A stretch of 64,000 nt of DNA from a virus. Taxonomy: Duplodnaviria; Caudoviricetes. Below the pieces are notes generated by a model. That model was given only the letters and a program-made list of their open reading frames with translations, was not told where the DNA came from and did not search any database. Positions 19,919 to 28,460 of this stretch are shown here, in pieces. Both the position numbers and the translations under genes were made by a program. The stretch lies in the IMG/VR virus record IMGVR_UViG_3300037418_002116; one strand, written 5' to 3'. How positions within the stretch are numbered: position 1 is the first letter of the stretch; each line of letters begins with the position of its first letter.

Positions 19919-21182
19919 TAAACTTCCTTCTCGATTACAGTTGTGCTAATCACATGCCAACCTTGGATGCATTCAGCTTCATATTCTTCTTTCAACCATG
20001 GGTCTGCCATGATTTGTTCAATGATATCGGACTTTTCCGGCTCATAGGCAAATGCCATTGACCAGTCATCACCCGATTCTGTACTTCCATTAACCATCCA
20101 AATTTGCATATATTATTCCTGTGGTATGTTTATGCATTCTGTGCCGACTACCGGACCATTTTCCACATAATCCGAGGATGGAGCCTTGGCCATCTTGGCG
20201 AACGCTTGACAATCGTCAACGGTAGCAAACGGTTCAGAGACAACGTGAACGTCTATCTTGGCCGGTACATCGATCAAATTGGTGTTGTCGTTGTTCGTAT
20301 CCACATGCGCTGGCATGAGGATAGCGACTATGAGATAGAATTTTGCAACAGCGATCATCGATCTTCCTTCCAATAGCAGCCGCCATTTAGTTCACTTAGC
20401 TGATGGCCGTCGTGTAAGGCCAAATCCGCCATATGATGGAAGGCAGCTTCACAGGCTTCCATATCTTTGAATGGCTGGATTTCCGAATAGGACAGTTGCC
20501 CGCCCCAAAATGTAACGAAAATTAAAACGAGATGCATTTATATTCCAAATTTCTTTGCGAAGACTCGAAGGCGAACAATGATCGGTGGAGGCGGAACGCC
20601 CGGTGACCAAGCGTTATAGTATGAGCAAAAACAGCCATGCTCTCTCATGCCGATGCAATCTTCGCAGTCATATGATGGATAGAGAAAGTTCCGGACGCTA
20701 AACTTGACGGCTATTCCAAACCCTAAGTGCTTCGTCCTTTGAAAGGTATTCCAGATTTCCAATTTGGCAACTATCACATTCTATTCGCCAGCCGCAGGCT
20801 TGATTGTCTCGCATCCATGGCTTTGCACCACAAAACGGACACGGCTTTGGAGTTTCAGGTTCAAATTTTGTATATGAATTTCTAAAATCGTATTCGAGCA
20901 ATCTCGCAACAGCTAATGCTTGCGGCGTCATAGATCGCTCTAATTCTTCTAAGCGTTTACGAGCTTGTTCTTTATAGCCCTTGGAAAATTCGACCGTCAC
21001 GAACGTTTATTCCAACCCTGTGCCGCATACACATCAGCGGCATAATCAACGCATTTCTTTTCGGGATTGGTCTGGCGTACAGTTCCGATAAAACCCAAAT
21101 CTTTGCCGCAATTGACACAGATACAATGACAGGCCAGATTTTCTTTATATTCCAGATGCTTACAAAAAAATTTCTTGAACAA
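19918..21182 (-). CDS. Small hypothetical CDSs (19918-20109, 20113-20373, 20355-20537, 20538-20777, 20997-21182); two have signal-peptide-like N-termini
   Basis: Tandem ORFs with short gaps or overlaps. Confidence 0.6.
20698..21000 (-). CDS. Lar-family (restriction alleviation-like) zinc-ribbon protein
   Basis: PKPCPFCG...IECDSC...KDEALRVWNSR motif. Confidence 0.65.
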   Translation of the reverse strand: MTVEFSKGYKEQARKRLEELERSMTPQALAVARLLEYDFRNSYTKFEPETPKPCPFCGAKPWMRDNQACGWRIECDSCQIGNLEYLSKDEALRVWNSRQV

Positions 21183-21445
21183 CTATGATCCTGCTTTTCG
21201 GCACATGCGATAGACAGACCAGTATGGAGGCTTGCGCCCGAATATGCGCTTGTATTCAGAGTTTGGAAGGTATTCCCAAGACAAGTCTCGCTTGTTCTTG
21301 AAGCGCCATTTTGGATAACCGAAGAACACCACAAGCCACCACGGCGTGACATACAGAGGCAAGGGGCTTGGATATGATGATTTTTCAGTCTTGGAATGCC
21401 AGACTTCTACTTGGTCAAACACTTGGTGCGCCTTATTGGAGATTT

Positions 21446-21530
21446 TGGAGGCGTCAGTGGGATTTGAACCCACACTCCGTAGAGACTTCCGCTTTGCAGG
21501 CGGATACGTTAGCCATTCCGTCACAACGCC
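21446..21530 (-). tRNA. trnC: tRNA-Cys(GCA) with long variable arm
   Basis: Cloverleaf: GGCGTTG/TGACGCC acceptor, U73, encoded CCA, anticodon loop CTGCAAA, T arm GTGGG-TTCAAAT-CCCAC, 14-nt variable region. Confidence 0.9.
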
Positions 21531-21536
21531 ACTTGT

Positions 21537-21845
21537 CTATTTATCTTCCACAAATTTCAATTCGTCAAGAGTTTTGAACGAAATATAGCTGGCGTTATGG
21601 TCATTCACATAACCAGCGCCATCAACTCTGTAGATTTGAATGTGAATCGTAACTCTATCGTTATCATCCACATCGATATCATCCGTGATAATGGCACGGC
21701 GTTTGTGGTCACGATACCAGATTTCGATATGCTTACCAGCAAGGTAGGTTACTAACCATTCCTTGTAAGTTTTCCGAGCATACCAGAACGAATTTCGAAG
21801 TTCAAAGAATCTTTCGTTTACAGTCGGTCCAAAGTGTGTCGCCAT
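21537..21845 (-). CDS. Hypothetical protein
   Basis: Overlaps the glycosyltransferase end. Confidence 0.6.
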   Translation of the reverse strand: MATHFGPTVNERFFELRNSFWYARKTYKEWLVTYLAGKHIEIWYRDHKRRAIITDDIDVDDNDRVTIHIQIYRVDGAGYVNDHNASYISFKTLDELKFVEDK

Positions 21846-22786
21846 TGTTTTAGGCGTCCTTCAATGTTATATTCAGAATTAGCATACCTTTTTTGCAAAG
21901 TCAAGTTATTTTGCACCATAGGTTGATGATAGTTATCTATCACTTGCAAAAGGTAATTTGCGAATGTCGTCATATGTTGTGTTGGGTCTTCATTCCATCG
22001 ATAGGTGAAGCCGTATGACGACAGAGTTTCCGGCAGAGCGCCATAATCCGGAGCGATAACCGCACACCCCGCCGCCATAGCCTCTATAGCGGCAATACAG
22101 CTTGTTTCAGGCCATATGCACGGGTAGGCGAAGATATCTGCCATCGTCAACGCAACCCTCACAGCGTCGTTAGAAACGGCCCCATGACTGGTTATCTGTG
22201 GATGGTCGTTGGCGATGTCGAACAGCGCCTTGTATGGTTGGTCACGATGTCCCCAACCATAAATTTCAAATGATGAAAATATGTCCAGATGAACGTTCGG
22301 ACGGAGCTTGGCGATTTCGAGGAACACCGGAATCAGAAGCTCTAGGCCACGATGTGGAGTCGTGTGGTAGATCAGCCGGATTTTGTCGTCTTTGCGCTTT
22401 GGTGTGTCGTCAAACGGAACAATCGCATTGCGGATGACAGAGCTTCCTTTGAAGGGAACCCCGAGCGCCAGATTGTAAGTGTTGAACTGATAGTTCGACA
22501 CGAACACCAATTGATCGAAACGAGAGCGGCTTAGCTCATTCCGCAGATGAGCGGATTCCGGATCATCCCATGTGTCGTTCAGGATGAGAATTTTCTTTTT
22601 TCCCGGCACCAGTGTGCGAACCCGAGAGGAAATAAACTGAAATTTTTCAGTGTATTCCGGGCCGAGTCCTTCGGTGATTCGTTTGTACATAAGTTCAGAC
22701 CCACCACGGGAATTTTTTGACAATCCCGTGAGTGGGTCTATGTGATCGTCCGCAAGTGATTGCGGCTTACTGATTTGATATTCCAA
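21818..22786 (-). CDS. GT-B glycosyltransferase (GT4-like)
   Basis: RGGSE, LIYHTTPHRGL, ADIFAYPCIWPETSCIAAIEAMAAG, GALPET motifs. Confidence 0.85.
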   Translation of the reverse strand: MEYQISKPQSLADDHIDPLTGLSKNSRGGSELMYKRITEGLGPEYTEKFQFISSRVRTLVPGKKKILILNDTWDDPESAHLRNELSRSRFDQLVFVSNYQFNTYNLALGVPFKGSSVIRNAIVPFDDTPKRKDDKIRLIYHTTPHRGLELLIPVFLEIAKLRPNVHLDIFSSFEIYGWGHRDQPYKALFDIANDHPQITSHGAVSNDAVRVALTMADIFAYPCIWPETSCIAAIEAMAAGCAVIAPDYGALPETLSSYGFTYRWNEDPTQHMTTFANYLLQVIDNYHQPMVQNNLTLQKRYANSEYNIEGRLKQWRHTLDRL

Positions 22787-22800
22787 GCTCTAACTTTCTG

Positions 22801-24237
22801 TCAGAGTTTTGCATTTTCTCTGACTTGATCGAGATTCCATAATTGTAGAATCTTACCATTTTCAAAAACTTTTGTCAAGGAATTTCGCATACCTTTGATA
22901 CCAACATCCCGTTCATCAATTGTGATGTACTTTCCGTCGATTGTATCTTTTGTGACCGCCAAGCGACCGGCCTTGGATGCCTTGCCCATGTCGCTCTTGG
23001 GTTTCTTGTACACGTCAACCCAACCGCTGCCCATATCCATGGCATTGCACTTCATGGCGTATTTGAGCGAGTCACGATTGACTTGCTGTAGCAGAGCGCC
23101 GCCCATGCCGAACACGATGTTGTCAGCAGACCAGCCATGATCCCGGTAATTTTCCAAGATCGCATGGATTGTGGCCTTGCCGACGCCATCACCTTGAAGG
23201 ATGCGCACGGACGGATGCAGGACATGGAAGCCCTTCGAATTTTCGGTATAACCGAATTTCTGCCCGAGCAATTCGATCACGTTCAAGGTGACTTCGACTG
23301 GATCACCGGAGTCGGGCCGAACCACAAGCAATGCGCCCGAGTCAAGCACTTCCTGTTTGAGCTTGTCGCCCCAAATGTTCGACACAGCATTGTAGATGTC
23401 ATAGGAATCCGACACGACAGACACGATTGCGCCCGGTTTGCCGAACTGTTTCAGCATATTCCGGTAAGCGTCTTCCTCATGCTCTTCGCCCCATGACGTG
23501 ATGGTGGAGTGTTCAGCCGCCGACACGGAAAAGCCCGCCATGTCACAGTTGTACTCCCAATAGGCACCGACAATCGCCGGAACGGTATCTGTGCCCATGA
23601 AATTGACAAGATGCGCCATCCCGCCAATCTTGGCCGACTCGAAGGATGATGCGCCACGGCAACCGAAATCATGGAGCTTGAACGGAATTTGTTCGGCTGG
23701 ATTGTCAGAAGTTTCCAGCAAAAATTTCCAGATATCTTTTTTAATTTCCCGTGACAGGGTAGCGACGGTCGATGGATACCAGACGGCCCGCAACAGCGCC
23801 GTTTCGACATAGCTGGTAAGCCAGAAGAAATCCGGATGAGTGTTGCGGATTTGAACTTGCGGCGTATGCAGCGGAACTACTGTCCCTTCCGGCAAGGCTT
23901 CGATGGAGAGTGGCATATAGCCTAGCTTTGCCAGTGCAAGCCATCCTTCCTTGTTGAAGGGGACGCCATGCTTCGCAGCAAGCTTCGCCGCCCATTCGAT
24001 TTGGTATTCATTTGGCACATACAAAAGCTCTTGCAAGAACGGCTGTAGGCCAAAGTGAACCACTTCCGGTTCCTTGCCAATCAAGCCCTTTTGATCGCTG
24101 AATGGAAATGCCGTACCACGAGTTTCAATGTAGGACGATACATATTTCGTGCCCGGTGGATATTGCAGCCAATGGCTGAATTTGTATGAATCACCCGACA
24201 GGATGATATTTTCGAATATAGATTCTCTAGCTGACAT
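22801..24237 (-). CDS. nadV: Nicotinamide phosphoribosyltransferase (Nampt)
   Basis: DSYKFSH, KLHDFGCRG, AEHSTITSWG, VSDSYD, VVRPDSGDP, ILQGDG, FGMGGALLQ motifs. Confidence 0.97.
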   Translation of the reverse strand: MSARESIFENIILSGDSYKFSHWLQYPPGTKYVSSYIETRGTAFPFSDQKGLIGKEPEVVHFGLQPFLQELLYVPNEYQIEWAAKLAAKHGVPFNKEGWLALAKLGYMPLSIEALPEGTVVPLHTPQVQIRNTHPDFFWLTSYVETALLRAVWYPSTVATLSREIKKDIWKFLLETSDNPAEQIPFKLHDFGCRGASSFESAKIGGMAHLVNFMGTDTVPAIVGAYWEYNCDMAGFSVSAAEHSTITSWGEEHEEDAYRNMLKQFGKPGAIVSVVSDSYDIYNAVSNIWGDKLKQEVLDSGALLVVRPDSGDPVEVTLNVIELLGQKFGYTENSKGFHVLHPSVRILQGDGVGKATIHAILENYRDHGWSADNIVFGMGGALLQQVNRDSLKYAMKCNAMDMGSGWVDVYKKPKSDMGKASKAGRLAVTKDTIDGKYITIDERDVGIKGMRNSLTKVFENGKILQLWNLDQVRENAKL

Positions 24238-24281
24238 TTTGTTCTCCTAATTGGGAGGGATTTTTGGGTCTATCCCGGTTT
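24238..24281 (-). promoter_or_regulatory. Leader motif upstream of nadV: GGG-ATAGA-CCC hairpin plus CTCC-CAATTA-GGAG SD-sequestering hairpin
   Basis: Read directly; near-identical motif at 26385-26428. Confidence 0.65.
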
Positions 24282-25337
24282 CTATTCTGTTACTTCATAG
24301 TGTTTCATGACATAGCCCTTTGTAGCGTCACCTTTTTGATATGACTTTACTCGGGCTCTCTTGGCTTCGCACTTTGTGCATTGCCAACGTTCAGGCTTAT
24401 ATTCTTCAAACGTGTGATCGCATGTTTGGCTTCCGCCGATTGTTCGATAGAATGGCTTGCACCAGTGACGCCTTGGTGAAGCTCTTTCATGTGCCGTCTC
24501 GATATACTTCCGAATGGTTTTGACTTCATTCAGATGAATGGTAACGACGGTGTGTGCCATGTAAGCAACTTGCTTGCCTTTTATGAAACCACGCTTCGGT
24601 GCCACATCTCGCAATTCGATCACTTTTTGCGACTGATACAGGAAAAGGATCATGGTGATGAGATTGCGAAGATCACCAGCACCATCCGGCAAAATTTCCC
24701 TAAGCTTGTTTTCTGGCAATTCGGAAATGTTGAGAAAGTGATATTTCTCAACAATTTCATTCCGCATTTCCATGGGAATATCGTTGTCGGAAGAGCCGAG
24801 CATATGAGCGGCTTTCATGCGCCTTGACATGACCACTTCATCCGGGCGACCTTCCGAAGGACCAATCACAATGGCGTAAAGCAGCACCGCTGGCGCTCTG
24901 CCGTCCATACCTTTCGATATGGCGAAAATCATGTTGCCAACGACAAGATATCCGACTCGCCAGTCACGCTTTTCATCGTTGCCGGTCTTTGGACGCCCAA
25001 AAGCTTGCAAGAACAAATCAACATCGAATTCGTAATACGACACGTCGAAGTGTGGTATCGCAAATTGTTCGTTCTTGAACAGAAGTTCCGGAGCCTCTTT
25101 GATGAAATCGGCCATGATTTCAGAAGACTTTTCATCAAAAATAAACTGCTTTGCCTTTGGAAGAGCATACTTGATCGCATTGACCCATTTGTTTTGAACG
25201 CCTCTCATGGTATCTTTTGGTGAAAAGCGTCTCATTTCATCAAGCAAAGAACCTTCGTTCTTGGAACGACCAAGTTCACGCAAAACGTCGTCAATATTCC
25301 GAGGCGGTTTATTGAGAATGGATGCCGGATTTGCCAT
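24282..25337 (-). CDS. Hypothetical protein (351 aa) between the NAD salvage genes
   Basis: Long ORF; C-terminal ERASPRRHW motif and CxHx...CxxC; function unknown. Confidence 0.75.
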   Translation of the reverse strand: MANPASILNKPPRNIDDVLRELGRSKNEGSLLDEMRRFSPKDTMRGVQNKWVNAIKYALPKAKQFIFDEKSSEIMADFIKEAPELLFKNEQFAIPHFDVSYYEFDVDLFLQAFGRPKTGNDEKRDWRVGYLVVGNMIFAISKGMDGRAPAVLLYAIVIGPSEGRPDEVVMSRRMKAAHMLGSSDNDIPMEMRNEIVEKYHFLNISELPENKLREILPDGAGDLRNLITMILFLYQSQKVIELRDVAPKRGFIKGKQVAYMAHTVVTIHLNEVKTIRKYIETAHERASPRRHWCKPFYRTIGGSQTCDHTFEEYKPERWQCTKCEAKRARVKSYQKGDATKGYVMKHYEVTE

Positions 25338-25340
25338 AGC

Positions 25341-26384
25341 TTAGAGCCCCAAAAATTGATCAATAATATCCCAATGATCTTCGAACATTTTTGTTGGGTC
25401 TAGATCGTCCAGCAAGACCCACTTGGCGTCAACGGCGTCGTCGGAACCCTTGATTGTCGGCAATTCCCCATCGGGCAAGCGAATGAGCGCTGCATGAGAG
25501 ACTGTGCGGCCTCTCTGACTCCGGTGTGGATGATCGGCCAAGAACCACTTTTCGATGGAGCCTTCAAGCTTTGGCAAGCGAACGCCAATCTTGGTTTCCT
25601 CGATTAGCTCACGCAACACGCCTTCCTTGACGGTTTCGCCTTGGTTCAGAAAGCCGCCCGGCAGAGCCCAAAGACCTTCACCCGGCATTCCGCCACGCTT
25701 GACCAAAAGCACATGACCAGACTGAACAACCACGGCATCGGTCGTGACGAAGATTGGCGGAAACTGGTTATATTTCTGCCCGTCAACTTCTACCGGCTCG
25801 AATTGCTTTTTGTATTTTTTGATGTGTTCATATTCTCGTTCAATCACATCCAATTCTGATTTGAAAAACAAATTGGTAACGATGCTCTTGTGATTGTCGT
25901 CCACAAACCATTCCGCATTACGTGGTCTGTTTTCATAGAATGCGCACCGAATATCGGTTGCGTTCACCGGATATGGAGTCGGTAAATCCAGCAAATCCCA
26001 TTGTGGGAATTTTTTCAGATAATAGGAAGAATGATCTTTCGAATGACCGATGACGCCAATTTTGGTTGGTCCAGCCCGCCACGGATGATTCGTGGCTGTT
26101 CTGATGATGGCTTGGATTTCAGTTTCCCATTTCGTGTCATTGTACATGAAATCATCACAGGGGACGACAGAGACACGCTTGCGTTCATCGGGTGTGAGCA
26201 ATGACTCGATCAAGCGTTTGCGTTCATCGAACGTGAACGGATTCTTTGCGGTGCGTGGCCTATTGGCCGAACCGACAATCAGGATAACGTTTTGGGATTT
26301 TGCGAGAGCGGTCTGTAAGACCTTGAAATGGCCAGCGTGAAATGGCTGGAAACGGCCTATGAAGGCCAGAAAATCGTACTGCAT
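25341..26384 (-). CDS. nadM: Bifunctional NMN adenylyltransferase/Nudix ADP-ribose pyrophosphatase (NadM-Nudix, NatV-like)
   Basis: FIGRFQPFHAGH, KNPFTFDER, VNATDIR, Nudix box GGFLNQGETVKEGVLRELIEETK, FEDHWDII. Confidence 0.95.
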   Translation of the reverse strand: MQYDFLAFIGRFQPFHAGHFKVLQTALAKSQNVILIVGSANRPRTAKNPFTFDERKRLIESLLTPDERKRVSVVPCDDFMYNDTKWETEIQAIIRTATNHPWRAGPTKIGVIGHSKDHSSYYLKKFPQWDLLDLPTPYPVNATDIRCAFYENRPRNAEWFVDDNHKSIVTNLFFKSELDVIEREYEHIKKYKKQFEPVEVDGQKYNQFPPIFVTTDAVVVQSGHVLLVKRGGMPGEGLWALPGGFLNQGETVKEGVLRELIEETKIGVRLPKLEGSIEKWFLADHPHRSQRGRTVSHAALIRLPDGELPTIKGSDDAVDAKWVLLDDLDPTKMFEDHWDIIDQFLGL

Positions 26385-26476
26385 TTATCACTCCAATTTG
26401 GGAGAGGTTCTTGTGGTCTATCCACAAGCTTATTTATTCGAATATATGCTATATGTTGACGTTTGTCAAGAGAAAA
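26385..26476 (-). promoter_or_regulatory. sigma70-type promoter and two-hairpin leader of nadM
   Basis: TTGACA-N17-TATATT, then CTTGTGG-ATAGA-CCACAAG and CTCC-CAAATT-GGAG before the ATG. Confidence 0.75.
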
Positions 26477-26614
26477 TTTATGTCAAGGGAAAGTTGAATA
26501 TTTTAATCGATTGAAAGCCCATATTGTCATTTTACATTTCACTAATTTAGGAACATCATTTTCGTGGGTAGGGGCAATAGGGAGAAACGTGGGCAGGGGC
26601 AGAGGGAGAATGTC

Positions 26615-26752
26615 ATGCAACTGTTGAGAGCATGTTTAGCCATTGTCATTCTGGCAATGGCCGGTTTGCCTAGCGGGGCAAACGCATGTACACATGATAC
26701 GTGCGAAGGATTTTTGGGCGGCGGAAATAACAACGGCCAAAATCAGAGGTAG
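26615..26752 (+). CDS. 45-aa secreted-peptide candidate
   Basis: GGGAG RBS; MQLLRACLAIVILAMAGLPSGANA signal-like segment; mature CTHDTCEGFLGGGNNNGQNQR. Confidence 0.55.
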   Translation: MQLLRACLAIVILAMAGLPSGANACTHDTCEGFLGGGNNNGQNQR

Positions 26753-26786
26753 AATTACACTCGTCTAGGTTTGAGTGTCGAGTGTG

Positions 26787-26814
26787 AAAAGGGCTGTAGG
26801 TGCACCTACAGCCC
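26787..26814 (-). terminator. Intrinsic terminator downstream of tRNA-His
   Basis: Long GC-rich hairpin GGGCTGTAGG-TGCA-CCTACAGCCC with an A-run on its left (U-tract on the minus strand). Confidence 0.8.
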
Positions 26815-26823
26815 GGTAAATTT

Positions 26824-26899
26824 TGGGGTGATCGACGGTATTCGAAACCGTACTTACTGATTCACAGTCAATCGTGCTAACCACTACACCACGACCACC
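26824..26899 (-). tRNA. trnH: tRNA-His(GTG) with G-1:C73
   Basis: G-GTGGTCG/CGATCAC-C-CCA acceptor, anticodon loop CTGTGAA, T arm ACGGT-TTCGAAT-ACCGT. Confidence 0.92.
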
Positions 26900-26920
26900 A
26901 TAGATTTTTATTTAGCACGA

Positions 26921-27256
26921 TTATGGAGCAATTCCAACATCGTAATCGTATTCAAATTCTTCGTTTTCTTCGTCCCACTCGCCCTTCATTTCAAGAACCC
27001 ATGCATTATAGGCTTCGGACGGTTCGCCGGTACTCACTCGATATTCCGGATCATGGTCTTTCCAACGGGCTTCCACAACAATAACTGGCGTCCCTTTGAG
27101 GATGCGAGCAACTTGATCCATGCACCATTGCTTATGCCAACCATCGTACTGGCCATATCGTTCAATGTAATACATTGCCCAATCAGTTGGGGTGAAATTT
27201 TTGAAGGGAGAAAAATCGATATCGACCGGGAATTCTCCCAAATAATTTTCAGCCAT
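26921..27256 (-). CDS. Acidic hypothetical protein
   Basis: Overlaps the HisRS-like gene end. Confidence 0.7.
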   Translation of the reverse strand: MAENYLGEFPVDIDFSPFKNFTPTDWAMYYIERYGQYDGWHKQWCMDQVARILKGTPVIVVEARWKDHDPEYRVSTGEPSEAYNAWVLEMKGEWDEENEEFEYDYDVGIAP

Positions 27257-27896
27257 CTTTTTTGTCCAGTGCCAGCATGAGACGATCTACACCGATAGCC
27301 CAACCGATTCCTTGTGCGTATCGACCACCACCGGCAACCTGTTTCTGTGCGCCAAGCGACTCGCACTCAACTTCGAAACCATCCTCGATATAGTAACCCA
27401 AACCACGGGTAACCGTCTCTTTGAAGTCGAAGTCCAAAACAGGGTCCATCCCGAGTGCATAGAGGCAATCCTTTAACAGGAATTTTGCCTCATAGGCATC
27501 CTCTTCAGGATTTTTGTTGCCAAGGATTTCCACACCAAACTGTGTGAATTCCCGATAGCGACCAGCTTGCGGGCGCTCATAGCGATAGCAGCGATTCACA
27601 TAGAAAAGCTTGATTGGCTTGGGCATCGCTTTGCTCCAATCCGAATCATACATTTCCTGAATGATTCCGGTGACTTCCGGAATCAATGTCACGCCACGAC
27701 CGCCCTTGTCTGCGAAGGACCACATTTGATCCTTCGTTTCATTTGAAATTTTCTTACAAAAGGTTTCGGCATCCCAAATGGAAGGGATCACAACTTCCTT
27801 GAAGCCACGGGCTTTACAAGTTACACGCAACGTATCGATAACATTCGTGTAAAGAGCCGCTTCCTCTCCCATTAATATGCGGGTGCCTTTCAGCAT
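27249..27896 (-). CDS. Minimal histidyl-tRNA synthetase-like protein (catalytic core only, 215 aa)
   Basis: Start at ATG 27896 with AAGGAAG RBS; motif 1 GFKEVVIP, TLIPEVT, motif 2 YRYERPQAGRYREFTQFGVE, HisA RGLGYY, HisB GGGRY, motif 3 GWAIGVDRL. Confidence 0.9.
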   Translation of the reverse strand: MLKGTRILMGEEAALYTNVIDTLRVTCKARGFKEVVIPSIWDAETFCKKISNETKDQMWSFADKGGRGVTLIPEVTGIIQEMYDSDWSKAMPKPIKLFYVNRCYRYERPQAGRYREFTQFGVEILGNKNPEEDAYEAKFLLKDCLYALGMDPVLDFDFKETVTRGLGYYIEDGFEVECESLGAQKQVAGGGRYAQGIGWAIGVDRLMLALDKKDG

Positions 27897-27897
27897 T

Positions 27898-28209
27898 TTA
27901 CTTCCTTTGGACAAGTGCAACGTAAACTTTGTCCACAATAGACTCAAAATATACGTTTGTCCAGCCGTGTGATTTGAAATGTTTGCGAATTGCGGCATAA
28001 ACTTTATGCCTGTTTTCCCGAGAAATCTTGGGAGCATCGAAGTTCATCACATAGGCAGTAAGGCCAGTTTTCACCGCTTCTTCTGCCAAAGGCCAATCGA
28101 ATGGCATGGGTGTTTTTGAGAAATACGAAACCGTCTCATACTCTTCCGCCTGCAAATTCTTGTCTATGACATTTTGGAGCCGGGCGGTTGCGGTCGAAAG
28201 TTTCATCAT
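27898..28209 (-). CDS. Hypothetical protein
   Basis: Behind a TTTGAC-N16-CTATAT promoter; abuts the HisRS-like gene. Confidence 0.65.
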   Translation of the reverse strand: MMKLSTATARLQNVIDKNLQAEEYETVSYFSKTPMPFDWPLAEEAVKTGLTAYVMNFDAPKISRENRHKVYAAIRKHFKSHGWTNVYFESIVDKVYVALVQRK

Positions 28210-28277
28210 CGAATCTCCTAGGTTGCCGATTTTATGGCGAATATAGGGATTATATGATTGATGTCAAACAGAAATTT

Positions 28278-28352
28278 TGGTTCCCCGTCATGGATTCGAA
28301 CCACGACTTTTGCGTCCAGAGCGCAACGTTCTGCCAGTTAAACTAACAGGGA
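28278..28352 (-). tRNA. trnQ: tRNA-Gln(CTG)
   Basis: TCCCTGT/ACGGGGA acceptor (U1:A72), loop CTCTGGA, TTCGAAT, encoded CCA. Confidence 0.92.
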
Positions 28353-28364
28353 ACAGAGATGAAT

Positions 28365-28438
28365 TGGTTCCCGCTCATGGACTCGAACCACAATTCGCTC
28401 CTTCAAAGGGAGTTGTCCTACCATTAGACGAAGCGGGA
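28365..28438 (-). tRNA. trnQ: tRNA-Gln(TTG)
   Basis: TCCCGCT/AGCGGGA acceptor (U1:A72), loop CTTTGAA, TTCGAGT, encoded CCA. Confidence 0.92.
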
Positions 28439-28460
28439 ATAGTATTGAAACGTACTCTAT

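Noticed and set aside
21183-21524. 113-aa ORF overlapping tRNA-Cys
   Set aside because: The 5' part is the tRNA read as codons; only the portion from about 21422 may be coding.
27249-27896. Interpretation as HisZ (ATP-PRT regulatory subunit)
   Set aside because: It retains the HisRS catalytic motif-2 loop and HisA/HisB loops, is much shorter than HisZ, has no HisG partner in the window, and sits by tRNA-His.
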